Under the pieces are notes generated by a model. It was not told the origin of the DNA. It was given only the letters and a program-made list of their open reading frames with translations, and did not search any database. Below, in pieces: positions 1 to 13,613 of a stretch of 64,000 bases of DNA. The stretch is from Amoebidium appalachense (taxonomy: Eukaryota; Protista; Ichthyosporea), in assembly GCA_963693365.1 (NCBI GenBank), contig CAVNZM010000001.1:21459210-21523209 (forward strand), written 5' to 3'. The translations under genes and the position numbers were made by a program. The number at the start of each line of letters is the position of its first letter. Position 1 is the first letter of the stretch.

Positions 1-53
1 CTGTGGGGTTGCGTGGGATGGGTACTTGTTTGTTTTGTGTGTGGGGTTTTTTT

Positions 54-104
<51 letters not shown>

Positions 105-128
105 GGGGGGGGGGGGGGGGGGGGGAAC

Positions 129-615
129 CTGCATCCATGTAGAAACAAGAAGTGCGGCCATAGAGCGTGCATCCCATGTTGATAGGTCCCAGTAGTCCTT
201 GGATGCGCACTTCCTTGTCCGATGACACACGGGACGGGACCACCACCTTCTTCTTGTCTTGTGCATCGCACTCGATCATCATCACCTCAGTAGGGTTGAT
301 GAGGGCCCTGCGGATGCAACTGGTATAGTGTGCACGGGCAGCCCTGTGCTGACAGACGCAAACGGTGAGACGGGGTGTGGACTCGCCAGCACCTTACTGT
401 TTGTGGTTGCATGGGCATTAGGGTGCGACGAGCCTTCAAGCAAGTATCCAAAAACAGGGATTTCAGTGCAAACTTCTCTGGCATATTCGCATGAGCCACA
501 TGGTTTTCAAGCCAGTACCATTCAGATAGCACCCTTCCCAACCCCAACTCTGAAGTTGTTCTTTGTTAAGGGTGACTTTGGTGGGTGGGTGGGTGCGGAG
601 GTGAGTGGGAGGGGG

Positions 616-651
<36 letters not shown>

Positions 652-786
652 AAGAGCTACGTGAGGAAGGGATTAGGTTAGGGATCATCGGTGTGTACTT
701 ACAGTTATGTAATTTTTCAATAACGCCTTAACTGAGCCTTGATTTTTTTTTGTGAGCAGGGATAAATGGTGGTGTGTGTGTGTGTG

Positions 787-824
<38 letters not shown>

Positions 825-1379
825 TGCGTGTGATAAGAAATGGATGGATGAAGGGGATTGGGGGGAGGAGGGGGGGGGGGGAGGGGAGGGGGGGGGGGGG
901 GGCGACCTTTGTTGCTCTCTGTGGTACTGCATTTTCTCTTGCAGCGTTGACCGGTTCTCCAGTGACAGCCGTTTTCTCGCACGCACTCGGATAGCCATAC
1001 AGTCACCACACTCGCTAGTTATGGAACGATTTGGAAACGTAAAGCATTGCAGTCTGAGGTCGGACGCCAGTGTTTGGTAAAAGAATGCCTCCGACACTAC
1101 CGGCTGGTCTGGGCCGCATCGCCGGTATATGCAGTAGTCGACGAAGATTGTTCTTCTTGTGAAACCTGGGGTAAAAACATTTGTCAGGAAAAGTTCGCTG
1201 TGTACATCAACTAACTCGCTTTCAGCAGGGGAGCACGTCATATTCCACCCCCCCCCTCTTACGCGCACACATGCACTTCCACACACACACCAAACATTCC
1301 CGTATGTTCCCCTTGAAGAACATGGCGTAGCAATTTATGGTAAGGGTGGGGTTAAGGCAAGGGGATATGGGGGAGTGAA

Positions 1380-1423
<44 letters not shown>

Positions 1424-2008
1424 CTTACCGGCTGGGCACACAAATATCCCGTCATGCACCGGGCTGTGCTCGAAGAAAGTAATGAGCTCCTCATGTAGCC
1501 AACCCACCAACATGTCGCGCTCAAGTACATGGTGAGAGGACATGTGTAGACCCCGGCATTCCTTTACTTTCATAATAAACGGTGGATCCTGAAACCTCGC
1601 TAGTCTCCGGAACGTCTGGGGGTTGATGTTAAACAGGGTTGAGACGGCAAATGGGCATCGCAGATGCCCGTGGAATGGGACTCGGTTTTTCTGGCTCAAA
1701 CGATCCCCGTGTGTTAGGGCTGTAGCCAGCTCCCACAGTTTTACTCTCCTTTCGGCCAGGCTGTACATTTCATATAAAAGTGATCGTGACTCCCGAACCT
1801 GGTCAATCGAGTACGGGTGCAATTCCAAACATCTGCCCTTTGAGCAACACCTTCGGGTCGATGCGGCCAACTCTATGTTTTCGTTAGAAAGGGCTGTGTC
1901 TCGCCTTTTCGTGCGTGCTGTTTGTGCACCGGGAGGTCGTTTCTGACCCGAGTACTTCCTGGCGGGCTTGAGCACCACCCTTTGCACGTTCGCTAAACTT
2001 AAAGCCAT
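129..2008 (-). CDS. Spliced putative DDE-type transposase (DUF7869-like), continuing off the left window edge; exons ~2008-1429, ~1220-907, 343-129
   Basis: Exon translations give CCSKGRCLE..., SECGDC...HREQQR|AARAHY...MIECDAQDKKKVVVP...GCTLYG, resembling the CxxC / HxxxQxxxRxxY / IDxMDQxKxxxP pattern of DUF7869-type transposase-like proteins. GT/AG sites at 906/344 join in phase. The exon1-exon2 junction is unresolved. Confidence 0.55.
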
Positions 2009-2388
2009 TGTGTTGATTAGGCTATATCATGGTATTCACCCAAGGTCCACTGTGCACTATGTACTACAACACATGTCTGATTGTGGTCTGATTGTGGCGC
2101 GGTTGTGAGTGTATCCCGCTTTTATATGACATGCATTGTACTGCATGCGCCAATAGGAAATCTCCCTCGTTGGGCGATGGTTTTTCGCTGATCAACATGG
2201 TTCTTTTATGACGGCGTCTCGCGAGGTTGATATCGAGGGTGAACTTTAAAAGTACGCAAACATTAACGTACAACCTTGATCAGTCGTCATCTACTGTGTG
2301 TACATACGGGGTGCATACTGTATGTCGCATGTACATTACACAAAAATATTGACAGTATGCGCGTGTGATAGTTTGCGTTGTTCAGGGG

Positions 2389-2424
<36 letters not shown>

Positions 2425-2849
2425 GGGGGGGGAGGGGGGGGGGGGGGGGGGGGGGCAGTATGATCTCTACCGCACCACGAAACCAGTTACGGAACGATCT
2501 TGGTTTAGCAGCCTTAGCAAAAATCACCTCAATATCCGGACTCTGGTCGTCCGCGATCGACATCTAAACACGCGTGATCAGGTGTCATCATTTAAAGGAA
2601 TATGGTATGTCCAATAGGAACGCAGCAATATCATACGACATATGATGGTGCTGGCGCACCGAAAATCGGGGTTAGCATATGCCGCACATGTACATGGTCG
2701 TCGTCAATCGAGTGGCCCGGGGCCGCCACTGTCTTATGACATTAATATGCAGTGAACCGCATATACTTGCGTATGGTCACTCGTGCACATGCACATAAGC
2801 CTTCTGTCCGACGATTGCGTCGTTTCGCCTCAGTGTAAACACACGATAT

Positions 2850-2886
<37 letters not shown>

Positions 2887-3128
2887 GGGGGAAGAGAGAA
2901 AGCTTTGAGGGAATCGAAGGGAGACCTGAGGATGGGAGGAAGGGACTCTGAGAGAGGGGGAGGGAGAGGGGAGAGGGGGGGAAAGTGAACTTCGAGAGAT
3001 ACTGGGAGGGAGAGGGGAAGGAGGGGGGGGGAAATGTGATACTGATGGAGGGAGACTTGGAATGGCCAAGGGACGTGGCCAGATGACTTGATGGAGCTTT
3101 GGCCTGGGGACTCCTAGGAAAGGAGGAA

Positions 3129-3162
<34 letters not shown>

Positions 3163-3199
3163 GAGCCTCGGACTCTGAGGCTGACGGAGAATGGGATGC

Positions 3200-3650
<451 letters not shown>

Positions 3651-3768
3651 TTGAGGAGGACACTGTAGGATTAGACCCTGGAGAGAGCAGGGGAGGAAGT
3701 GTGGGGGGGGAACTTGGATCGAAACACAGAATGTGCTCACATGAGTTTACTTTGTATTTTCAATACGG

Positions 3769-3897
3769 ATATGTTGGTTTTATTGAACGGAAAACGTCTT
3801 ACGATTCTTTCTCCCCTGGCCTCTTATGGGAAAAGCTTGCTGCACGGGGGGGGTGTACCACCCTGCATTGGTGATTTGTTAGAAGCACTCTTGTCTC
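3769..3897 (+). pseudogene. Degenerate ~130-bp fragment of the LINE family-2 RT domain
   Basis: Aligns by eye with 41481-41607 (atatgttgg..tttattga..ggaaaac..ttacgattct..tatgggaaaagcttgctgcacgggg..gtacca..ctgcattggtg..gttagaagcactcttgtctc), with indels. Confidence 0.85.
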
Positions 3898-3972
3898 TAC
3901 AAAACGTGTTACAATGTGCCCCAATTGGGAAACAGTGCCAGTATAGCTTCACTGTCTGACTGGGCCGGGTGG

Positions 3973-4019
<47 letters not shown>

Positions 4020-4384
4020 TGGAGGGGAAGGGGGGGGGGGGGGGGGGGGGGGGGACTTTGGATCGATCCACAGAATGTGTTCACATGAGTTTTCTTTTTA
4101 TTTTCAATACGGGCGTGAATGGCTTGACGTTGTCCTGCAAATACTTATCACACCTGGCACCCAACACTACAAGTGGGCATCAGCACAGGTTACGTTTGTA
4201 AAACAGGCCAACCGCTATTTCGTACTGGGAATGCAATGTAAATCCGAAACCTAAGTGACACAAATCGCCCTTCCACAAAGATATGGTGGTACGGTGAAAA
4301 CATAGAGAGCAGGGAGCACACAAGCCATTATAGGGTTTCAGACCATTTCGTGAAGTCCAAAACCAACATCCAACACTAAACGAT

Positions 4385-5308
4385 TCAGTACAACCTAGAG
4401 CACTGTGCAATAACTAGCTGCAGGTAAGCCTGAAGTTCATCGGCGGCCTCCAGATAGTCTGCACGGGCACTACGTATGCGAGCGTCGTGTGAGGATGCAA
4501 TGACAATTGTGTTAACGGTATCCACAATTTCCCTCGCAATCTTGTTCACCCTCTCGGTGCGCAGAGACCGCAGGGTGTTGTTTGTGCCGTTGGCATGCCT
4601 GCAACGGAAGCAAAGGGATGCGCGGCTGTCGTGGTATGTTCTCCACGCCATTTCGTCTTCCGGTGTAAGACCCATGGCACGGATGTGTGCCCCTCTAGGC
4701 ACGGTTCCGATGCTGCGGCCAGCATGCGCCTGCTCGAGCAGAAATTGATCACTCAATGCTGCAATGGTTTTCTCTCCGTGCTCGACGGTGGCTGGTTGAA
4801 TCCCACTGGCCACCTCTCCGGGATCCAGTGTGACTGGGTGCTCTAGCCACCCGATGCCTTGGTGTTCCCCTTTGCACATCAACTCAATACCCGCGGCAAC
4901 CATGCGTTCGGGTAGACCCTCCATTGCAGATTCACGGATAATGGCCTTCAAGGTCTGCGAATTCGAAGTGGACACCCTCAGTAGAAAATTGGCCTCGGGG
5001 TTGGATGGTTCTGCAGCCCTGATGTAGAAACTGGTGTTGATGTCGTCGAATGTACCATCCTCACGTGGCCCACGGTTGGGGTACACGTAGATGTTATCAG
5101 GGCGCAGAAATTGCTCGTACCCAGCTGGAACATGCTTGGATAGTCCATCTGCAACGAACTGGAGTGTGGTTGGCCAATCTCTTACACGGACAGCATATGG
5201 GTAAATTCTCTCTTTACCAGTTATTTTTTTTGCCCAGCGCGTACGTATCTCAGAGAGGTCTTTTGGGGCCGTGAAACAGCTCCATACAGTATTCAAAAAA
5301 TTACCCAT
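4385..5308 (-). CDS. Intronless 307-aa protein of unknown function; possible N-terminal lipidation (MGNFLNTVWSC)
   Basis: Long ORF of normal complexity in an otherwise low-complexity region; no family recognised. Confidence 0.65.
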   Translation of the reverse strand: MGNFLNTVWSCFTAPKDLSEIRTRWAKKITGKERIYPYAVRVRDWPTTLQFVADGLSKHVPAGYEQFLRPDNIYVYPNRGPREDGTFDDINTSFYIRAAEPSNPEANFLLRVSTSNSQTLKAIIRESAMEGLPERMVAAGIELMCKGEHQGIGWLEHPVTLDPGEVASGIQPATVEHGEKTIAALSDQFLLEQAHAGRSIGTVPRGAHIRAMGLTPEDEMAWRTYHDSRASLCFRCRHANGTNNTLRSLRTERVNKIAREIVDTVNTIVIASSHDARIRSARADYLEAADELQAYLQLVIAQCSRLY

Positions 5309-5739
5309 GTTTGACTATGTGCGTACTGTGCGTACTGCATGTACCGTTGACAGGATGCACGGTTGTGAGACGATGCTACTTCGATTTACAGAGTTTATTA
5401 ACTGCAGTCCAGCACCCTGACTGGTTCGTGGCTCGTGAGCCACTGCCCATAGCAGATCATTCTAATTATCAAGCTCAAGTCTTGGACGATCACCCCGACA
5501 TCAGCAATCTCCCCCCCCCCTCGTAACCCCACCGAAGACCTCGTCGATGGGTTGGAACTGGTTTAGGACTGTCTAATGGATGGGTTTACGCTATATGAAG
5601 GAAAAACCTCCAAACCCGTCGACGACGTCGTAGACCGTCGGGAGAGTGGTTTACGACCCCCTTAGGGATGACCGACAGTATTGGGACAGCCCAATGTATA
5701 ACCCTAACCACACCTATGGATGGGTTTACAGCAACCACA

Positions 5740-7745
5740 ACTTTTGTGGTACTCCTAACCCCATACATTGGATGTACACTGGATGTCGTGCACTCCTCCA
5801 GATTACGACATCATAAGATGGTCTTGCTGCACCCCCTCGAAAGACTCTCTTACGACGTCGGAACAAACTGTCGAATGGATGGGTTTACAATATCCATACG
5901 AATGTCCTCGACAACCATTAGTTGTCGTAAACCCCACCTGTGTACGACATCGTAACATGCTCCTACGACCCCCCACGTGAGACTGTCGCTAGACGTCTGA
6001 AACCCCGCCGCATGGATTGGTTTACAGTATCCATTCGAAGGTCCACGATACACTGTGTATGTCGTAAACACCTACACATTACGACATCGTAAGATGATAT
6101 TATGGTGGTACTCCTAACCCCATACATTGGATGTACACTGTATGTCGTGCACACCTCCGGATTACGACATCATAAGATGGTCTTGCTGCACCCCTAGGAA
6201 GACAGTCCTACGACGTCGGAAAGAACTGTCGAATGGATGGGTTTACAATATCCATAGACAACCATTAGTTGTCGTAATCCCTGCCTATGTACGACATCGT
6301 AACATGCTCTTACGACACCCCACGTGAGACTGTCGCTAGACGTCTGAACCCCCGCCGTATGGATTGGTTTACAGTATCCATTCGAAGGTCCACGATACAC
6401 TGTGTATGTCGTAAACACCTACACATTACGACATCGTAAGATGATATTATGGTGGTACTCCTAACCCCATACATTGGATGTACACTGGATGTCGTGCACA
6501 CCTCCGGATTACGACATCATAAGATGGTCTTGCTGCACCCCTCGGAAGACAGTCCTACGACGTCGGAAAGAACTGTCGAATGGATGGGTTTACAATATCC
6601 ATACGAATGTCCTCGACAACCATTAGTTGTCGTACACCCCACCTGTGTACGACATCGTAACATGCTCTTACGACACCCCACGTGAGACTGTCGCTAGAGA
6701 TCTGAAACCCCGCCGTATGGATTGGTTTACAGTATCCATTCGAAGGTCCACGATACACTGTGTATGTCGTAAACACCTACACATTACGACATCGTAAGAT
6801 GCTATTATGGTGGTACTCCTAACCCCATACATTGGATGTACACTGTATGTCGTGCACACCTCCGGATTACGACATCATAAGATGGTCTTGCTGCACCCCT
6901 CGGAAGCCAGTCCTACGACGTCGGAAAGAACTGTCGAATGGATGGGTTTACAATATCCATACGAATGTCCTCGACAACCATTAGTTGTCGTACACCCCAC
7001 CTGTGTACGACATCGTAACATGCTCTTACGACACCCCACGTGAGACTGTCGCTAGACGTCTGAAACCCCGCCGGATGGATTGGTTTACAGTATCCATATG
7101 AAGGTCCACGATACACTGTGTATGTCGTAAAGACCTGCACATTACGCCATCGTAAGATGATATTATGGTGGTACTCCTAACCCCATACATTGGATGTACA
7201 CTGTATGTCGTGCACGCATCCGGATTACGACATCATTAGATGGTCTTGCTACACCCCCTCGGAACTTGACTGTCTTAAGACATCGGAAACAACTGTCGAA
7301 TGGATGGGTTTACAATATCCATATGAGTGTCCTCGACAACCATTAGTTGTCGTAAACCCCCCCAATATACGACATCGTAACATGCTCTTGCGACACCCAA
7401 CGTGAGACTGTCGCTAGACGTCTGAAACCCCGCCAGATGGATTGGTTTACAGTATCCATTTGAAGGTCCACGATACACTGTGTATGTCGTAAACACCTGC
7501 AAATTACGCCATCGTAAGATGATATTATGGTGGTACTCCTAACCCCATACATTGGATGTACACTGTATGTCGTGCACACCTCCAGATTACGACATCATAA
7601 GATGGTCTTGCTGCACCCCCTCGGAAGACTGTCTTAAGACATCGGAAATAACTGTCGAATGGATGGGTTTACAATATCCATATGAGTGTCCACGACAACC
7701 ATTAGTTGTCGTAAAGACGTCTGAAAACCCCGCCTGATGGATGGG
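5740..7745. repeat. Subterminal tandem array, ~358-bp unit, ~5.5 copies
   Basis: GGTACTCCTAACCCCATACATTGG recurs at ~5748, 6107, 6454, 6812, 7170 and 7532. Units are rich in ACGAC/GTCGT and GGAT(G/T)GGTTTAC. Confidence 0.95.
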
Positions 7746-8315
7746 TTTACCGTATCGATAGGAAGGTCATGGCAGGCCATGTTGAAATCACATAAATTAG
7801 CACTGGTAGTAAAAAACCAAGCTGTGTACATTTTAATTGAACATCTGGAGGGGCTGCTGTATAGCTATATGATACCACTATCATTAGGCAGGTATGTGTA
7901 ATATAGATGTTAATAATTTTCTTGTAAAATTGTAAATAATAACTGGTGGCACGGCCTTCTGGATACATATAACAATGGATGTTTTATGGGGGTTTCGTGG
8001 TAATGCTGGCAACTTGAAAGAGAATACCTAAGAGAACGAATCGGATGCTGACTCGGAGGGGGTACAACAACTAGCAGAGTTTGTGGGTGCCTGGAACGGC
8101 AGGGGATTATAGTAGTGGGATAATTATATTGCGGAAAGCTGAACAGTGTAGGGTATAGACGGCGGTGAACATGCCGGTATGAAGTCCATATGCGTGTACA
8201 TGTATTAAAAGTGAATCAAGAGCGGTGCCAAAAGAACTTATTTAATAAACAAAAAAAACAAAACTGAAGATAATCTGATAGAAAACACCTGACATTTACA
8301 AACCATGCACTCAAT

Positions 8316-9258
8316 TCAAGAGTTACGACCCATGTGCACGTATTTGTTAACGAGGAACTCCTTCCTCCCCCCTACAGGGACCTTCACCGGGATGCAGTGG
8401 AAAATCCCCAATATAGACTCGACGTCAATAACGTCGTACCTCGGTCTTCGCTGCGCATTCGCACCAACCATCTCCCATGTCAGTCGGGGACAACGTGTGT
8501 GTTCGTCCAGATGTCTGCGCTCTGTGTAGTATCGAACGAAGGCACGATTCAGAAGCTTGTCCCCATGCTCTGAAGTGCAGGTGAAGAGAAGCACCACCTT
8601 TGCGTAGAAATGCACCTCATCGCCGTCCTCTTCTTCCCCCGCACCAATAATGACGTCATCGTACCTATCCCGAGCCTTATAGAATGAATCGCATGCAACA
8701 ATCCTAACCCAATGATTGTCGTCAATTCCCACCAACCGTATGTAGCAGCTGTTGTAGGGGGTTATTTTCTTGGACGCGGGGACGGGAAGGGTGTTTCGAT
8801 CAACCCCCCCCTGTTGGACCCCCCCCATGGACAGTTGCAACTGTAGGGGAAGATACTTCAGACATTCCCCACGTTCGGTTGACAAAATCGGGTGAGGGAT
8901 GTAGGACTCGCGTGGGTCAATATTCTTGTCAAGTGCACCGAGCAACATGACGGATTTCGTCTGCGGACCTGACATTATAGATAACTCTTTCAATTTGTCC
9001 AACTGCACATCTTCCGCAACCTCAGGTTCCGGATCGTCCAGGTGCTCGTTGTGTTCCTCTGCCTCGTACAGCTCCTCCGCCAACAAATCCGGGAGCTCGT
9101 CCTCGACAACCACTCGGGGAGCCTTCATCTCTTGCAGTTCCTCCCACAGAGCCCTGCGCAGATCCATGGCGTCGAATCGACGAACTTTGGCTGCAACCTA
9201 AAATGGTGAAGAATTGGAGATGCCAATTAATAAAAGTTTGTGTGTCATTGCCCATTCT

Positions 9259-9319
<61 letters not shown>

Positions 9320-12300
9320 ACACACACACGGCACACACACAAATACACACACACACAAACCCAAACCAAATATATATATATAAATTCTCCATGTTTCAAA
9401 CCCCCCCGGCCCATTACGCCTCCCCAATGTAAACCGGGTACTAATTTATTGCCCCTCCCAAAGTTTGGTTGTGCGTGCTCCCATCAATCCCCTGCACATT
9501 ATTAACTGTTGCCAACCCCCCCTTTCCCCTATGTATTATAGCGCATTTTGGGTAATATGGACGTACAACGGTTAATAAATTTCCCCACAGAAATGGGGAG
9601 ACAGTCCGACCGGTTTTTTTAGACCCCCCACACAGAGACACTGCCTAATGCAAATTTTGGTTGTGCTCCCATCAATCCCCTGCACGTTATTAGCTGTTGA
9701 ATCCCCCCCTTTTCCCTATGTATTATAGCGCATTTTGCCTAATATGGACGTACAACGGTTAGTAACTTTCCCCACAGAAATGGGGAGACAGTCCGACCGG
9801 TTTTTTTAGACCCCCCACACAGAGACACTGCCTAATGCAAAGTGTGGTTGTCCTCCCATCAAACCCCTGCACGTTATTAACTGTTGAATCCCCCCCTTTT
9901 CCCTATGTAATATAGCGCATTTTGCCTAATATGGACGTACAACGGTTAGTAACTTTCCCCACAGAAATGGGGAGACAGTCCGACCGGTTTTGTTACCCCC
10001 TCACACAGAGACACTGCCCTAAAATGCAAAGTTTGGTTGTGCTCCCATCAAACCCCTGCACGTTATTACCTGTTGAATCCCCCCCTTTTCCCCACGTATT
10101 ATAGCGCATTTTGCCTAATATGGACGTACAACGGTTAATAACTTTCCCCACAGAAATGGGGAGACAGTCCGACCGGTTTTGTTAGACCCCCCACACAGAG
10201 ACACTGCCTAATGCAAAGTTTGGTTGTCCTCCCACCAATCCCCTGCACGTTATTAACTGTTGAATCCCCCCCTTTTCCCTATGTAATATAGCGCATTTTG
10301 CCTAATATGGACGTACAACGGTTAGTAACTTTCCCCACAGAAATGGGGAGACAGTCCGACCGGTTTTGTTACCCCCTCACACAGAGACACTGCCCTAAAA
10401 TGCAAAGTTTGGTTGTGCTCCCATCAAACCCCTGCACGTTATTACCTGTTGAATCCCCCCCTTTTCCCCACGTATTATAGCGCATTTTGCCTAATATGGA
10501 CGTACAACGGTTAATAACTTTCCCCACAGAAATGGGGAGACAGTCCGACCGGTTTTGTTAGACCCCCCACACAGAGACACTGCCTAATGCAAAGTTTGGT
10601 TGTCCTCCCACCAATCCCCTGCACGTTATTAACTGTTGAATCCCCCCCTTTTCCCTATGTAATATAGCGCATTTTGCCTAATATGGACGTACAACGGTTA
10701 GTAACTTTCCCCACAGAAATGGGGAGACAGTCCGACCGGTTTTGTTAGCCCCCCACACAGAGACACTGCGCTAAAATGCAAAGTTTGGTTGTGCTCCCAT
10801 CAAACCCCTGCACGTTATTACCTGTTGAATCCCCCCCTTTTCCCCACGTATTATAGCGCATTTTGCCTAATATGGACGTACAACGGTTAATAACGTTCCC
10901 CACAGAAATGGGGAGACAGTCCGACCGGTTTTGTTAGACCCCCCACACAGAGACACTGCCTAATGCAAAGTTTGGTTGTCCTCCCACCAATCCCCTGCAC
11001 GTTATTAACTGTTGAATCCCCCCTTTTCCCTATGTATTATAGCGCATTTTGCCTAATATGGACGTACAACGGTTAGTAACTTTCCCCACAGAAATGGGGA
11101 GACAGTCCAACCGGTTTTGTTAGCCCCCCACACAGAGACACTGCCCTAAAATGCAAATTTTGGTTGTGCTCCCATCAAACCCCTGCACGTTATTACCTGT
11201 TGAATCCCCCCCTTTTCCCCACGTATTATAGCACATTTTGCCTAATATGGACGTGCAACGGTTAATAACTTTCCCCACAGAAATGGGGAGACAGTCCGAC
11301 CGGTTTTGTTAGACCCCCCACACAGAGACACTGCCTAATGCAAAGTTTGGTTGTGCTCCCATCAATCCCCTGCACGTTATTAACTGTTGAATCCCCCCTT
11401 TTTCCCTATGTATTATAGCGCATTTTGCCTAATATGGACGTACAACGGTTAGTAACTTTCCCCACAGAAATGGGGAGACAGTCCGACCGGTTTTGTTACC
11501 CCCTCACACAGAGACACTGCCCTAAAATGCAAAGTTTGGTTGTGCTCCCATCAAACCCCTGCACGTTATTACCTGTTGAATCCCCCCCTTTTCCCCACGT
11601 ATTATAGCGCATTTTGCCTAATATGGACGTACAACGGTTAATAACTTTCCCCACAGAAATGGGGAGACAGTCCGACCGGTTTTGTTAGACCCCCCACACA
11701 GAGACACTGCCTAATGCAAAGTTTGGTTGTCCTCCCACCAATCCCCTGCACGTTATTAACTGTTGAATCCCCCCCTTTTCCCTATGTAATATAGCGCATT
11801 TTGCCTAATATGGACGTACAACGGTTAGTAACTTTCCCCACAGAAATGGGGAGACAGTCCGACCGGTTTTGTTACCCCCTCACACAGAGACACTGCCCTA
11901 AAATGCAAAGTTTGGTTGTGCTCCCATCAAACCCCTGCACGTTATTACCTGTTGAATCCCCCCCTTTTCCCCACGTATTATAGCGCATTTTGCCTAATAT
12001 GGACGTACAACGGTTAATAACTTTCCCCACAGAAATGGGGAGACAGTCCGACCGGTTTTGTTAGACCCCCCACACAGAGACACTGCCTAATGCAAAGTTT
12101 GGTTGTCCTCCCACCAATCCCCTGCACGTTATTAACTGTTGAATCCCCCCCTTTTCCCTATGTATTATAGCGCATTTTGCCTAATATGGACGTACAACGG
12201 TTAGTAACTTTCCCCACAGAAATGGGGAGACAGTCCGACCGGTTTTGTTAGACCCCCCACACAGAGACACTGCCTAATGCAAAGTTTGGTTGTGCTCCCA

Positions 12301-13579
12301 TCAAACCCCTGCACGTTATTAACTGTTGAATCCCCCCTTTTTCCCTATGTATTATAGCGCATTTTGCCTAATATGGACGTACAACGGTTAGTAACTTTCC
12401 CCACAGAAATGGGGAGACAGTCCGACCGGTTTTGTTACCCCCTCACACAGAGACACTGCCCTAAAATGCAAAGTTTGGTTGTGCTCCCATCAAACCCCTG
12501 CACGTTATTACCTGTTGAATCCCCCCCTTTTCCCCACGTATTATAGCGCATTTTGCCTAATATGGACGTACAACGGTTAATAACTTTCCCCACAGAAATG
12601 GGGAGACAGTCCGACCGGTTTTGTTAGACCCCCCACACAGAGACACTGCCTAATGCAAAGTTTGGTTGTGCTCCCATCAAACCCCTGCACGTTATTAACT
12701 GTTGAATCCCCCCCTTTTCCCCACGTATTATAGCGCATTTTGCCTAATATGGACGTGCAACGGTTAATAACTTTCCCCACAGAAATAGGGGGACAATCCG
12801 ACCGGTTTTGTTACATCACCCACACAGAGACACTGCCTAATGGAAAGTTTGATTGGGCCCCCATCAATCCCCTGCACGTTATTAACCGTGCAAATGTATC
12901 CAGCTTGTAGTGTCCACCTTTGAAGGTGGTTCACATGTCTACGGTGTAATAAAGATGTCCAAACATAGTCCATAAGACGCCTTATGTATATCCATGGACC
13001 ATCCCCAAGACTGTAACGATACCATCCATAATACTGTCGTAAAACGATATATTGTTCGGTACAACAGTCGTAGGACGATACATAATATCGTCGACATATG
13101 GACTGCGACATACAAACATGCTCGCAGGATATCGTAGATTTCACCATATTTTGGAGTACTAGTACTCACTTGCAAAATGAATGCAGAGTTCTTGTTGGTC
13201 ATACGATACGGCATCTTGCAGTAGTATTTGTGTGCACGCTCCCAGCTCTCAGCTGACTCCACCGGGCCAAAGAGGCGATAGTCGTCAGAATAATGCACAC
13301 CAGCATGGAATTTCGATGTTTTGAGTTCGTTCTTGGTGGAGTCCTTGAAGCACTCGTACGCAGCTTTGCCGAACCTGCGTTTTTTGTTGGTGATATTACT
13401 TTACAATATAATGCACTAGAGCGGCACGGAGTCCATTACCAAATGGCAAAAGTTCTGCCATCGTTACCTGTAGGATCTATACACCTAGACACGTGCAGGG
13501 GGGCGGGAGGGGGGGGGGGGGGGGGGAGGGGGTCGTAGTGGGAAGGAGGGAAGACAGGGGGGGTTGGGTGTGTGTGTGT

Positions 13580-13613
<34 letters not shown>

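Noticed and set aside
9922-12546. Repeated 60-aa ORF MPNMDVQRL... and the short ORFs in the 358-bp arrays
   Set aside because: By-products of the tandem repeats, often with non-ATG starts; the 188-bp array lies antisense within an intron.
5740-12890. Regular arrays as CRISPR-like loci
   Set aside because: Whole units are repeated with no unique spacers, there are no cas genes, and the context is eukaryotic.
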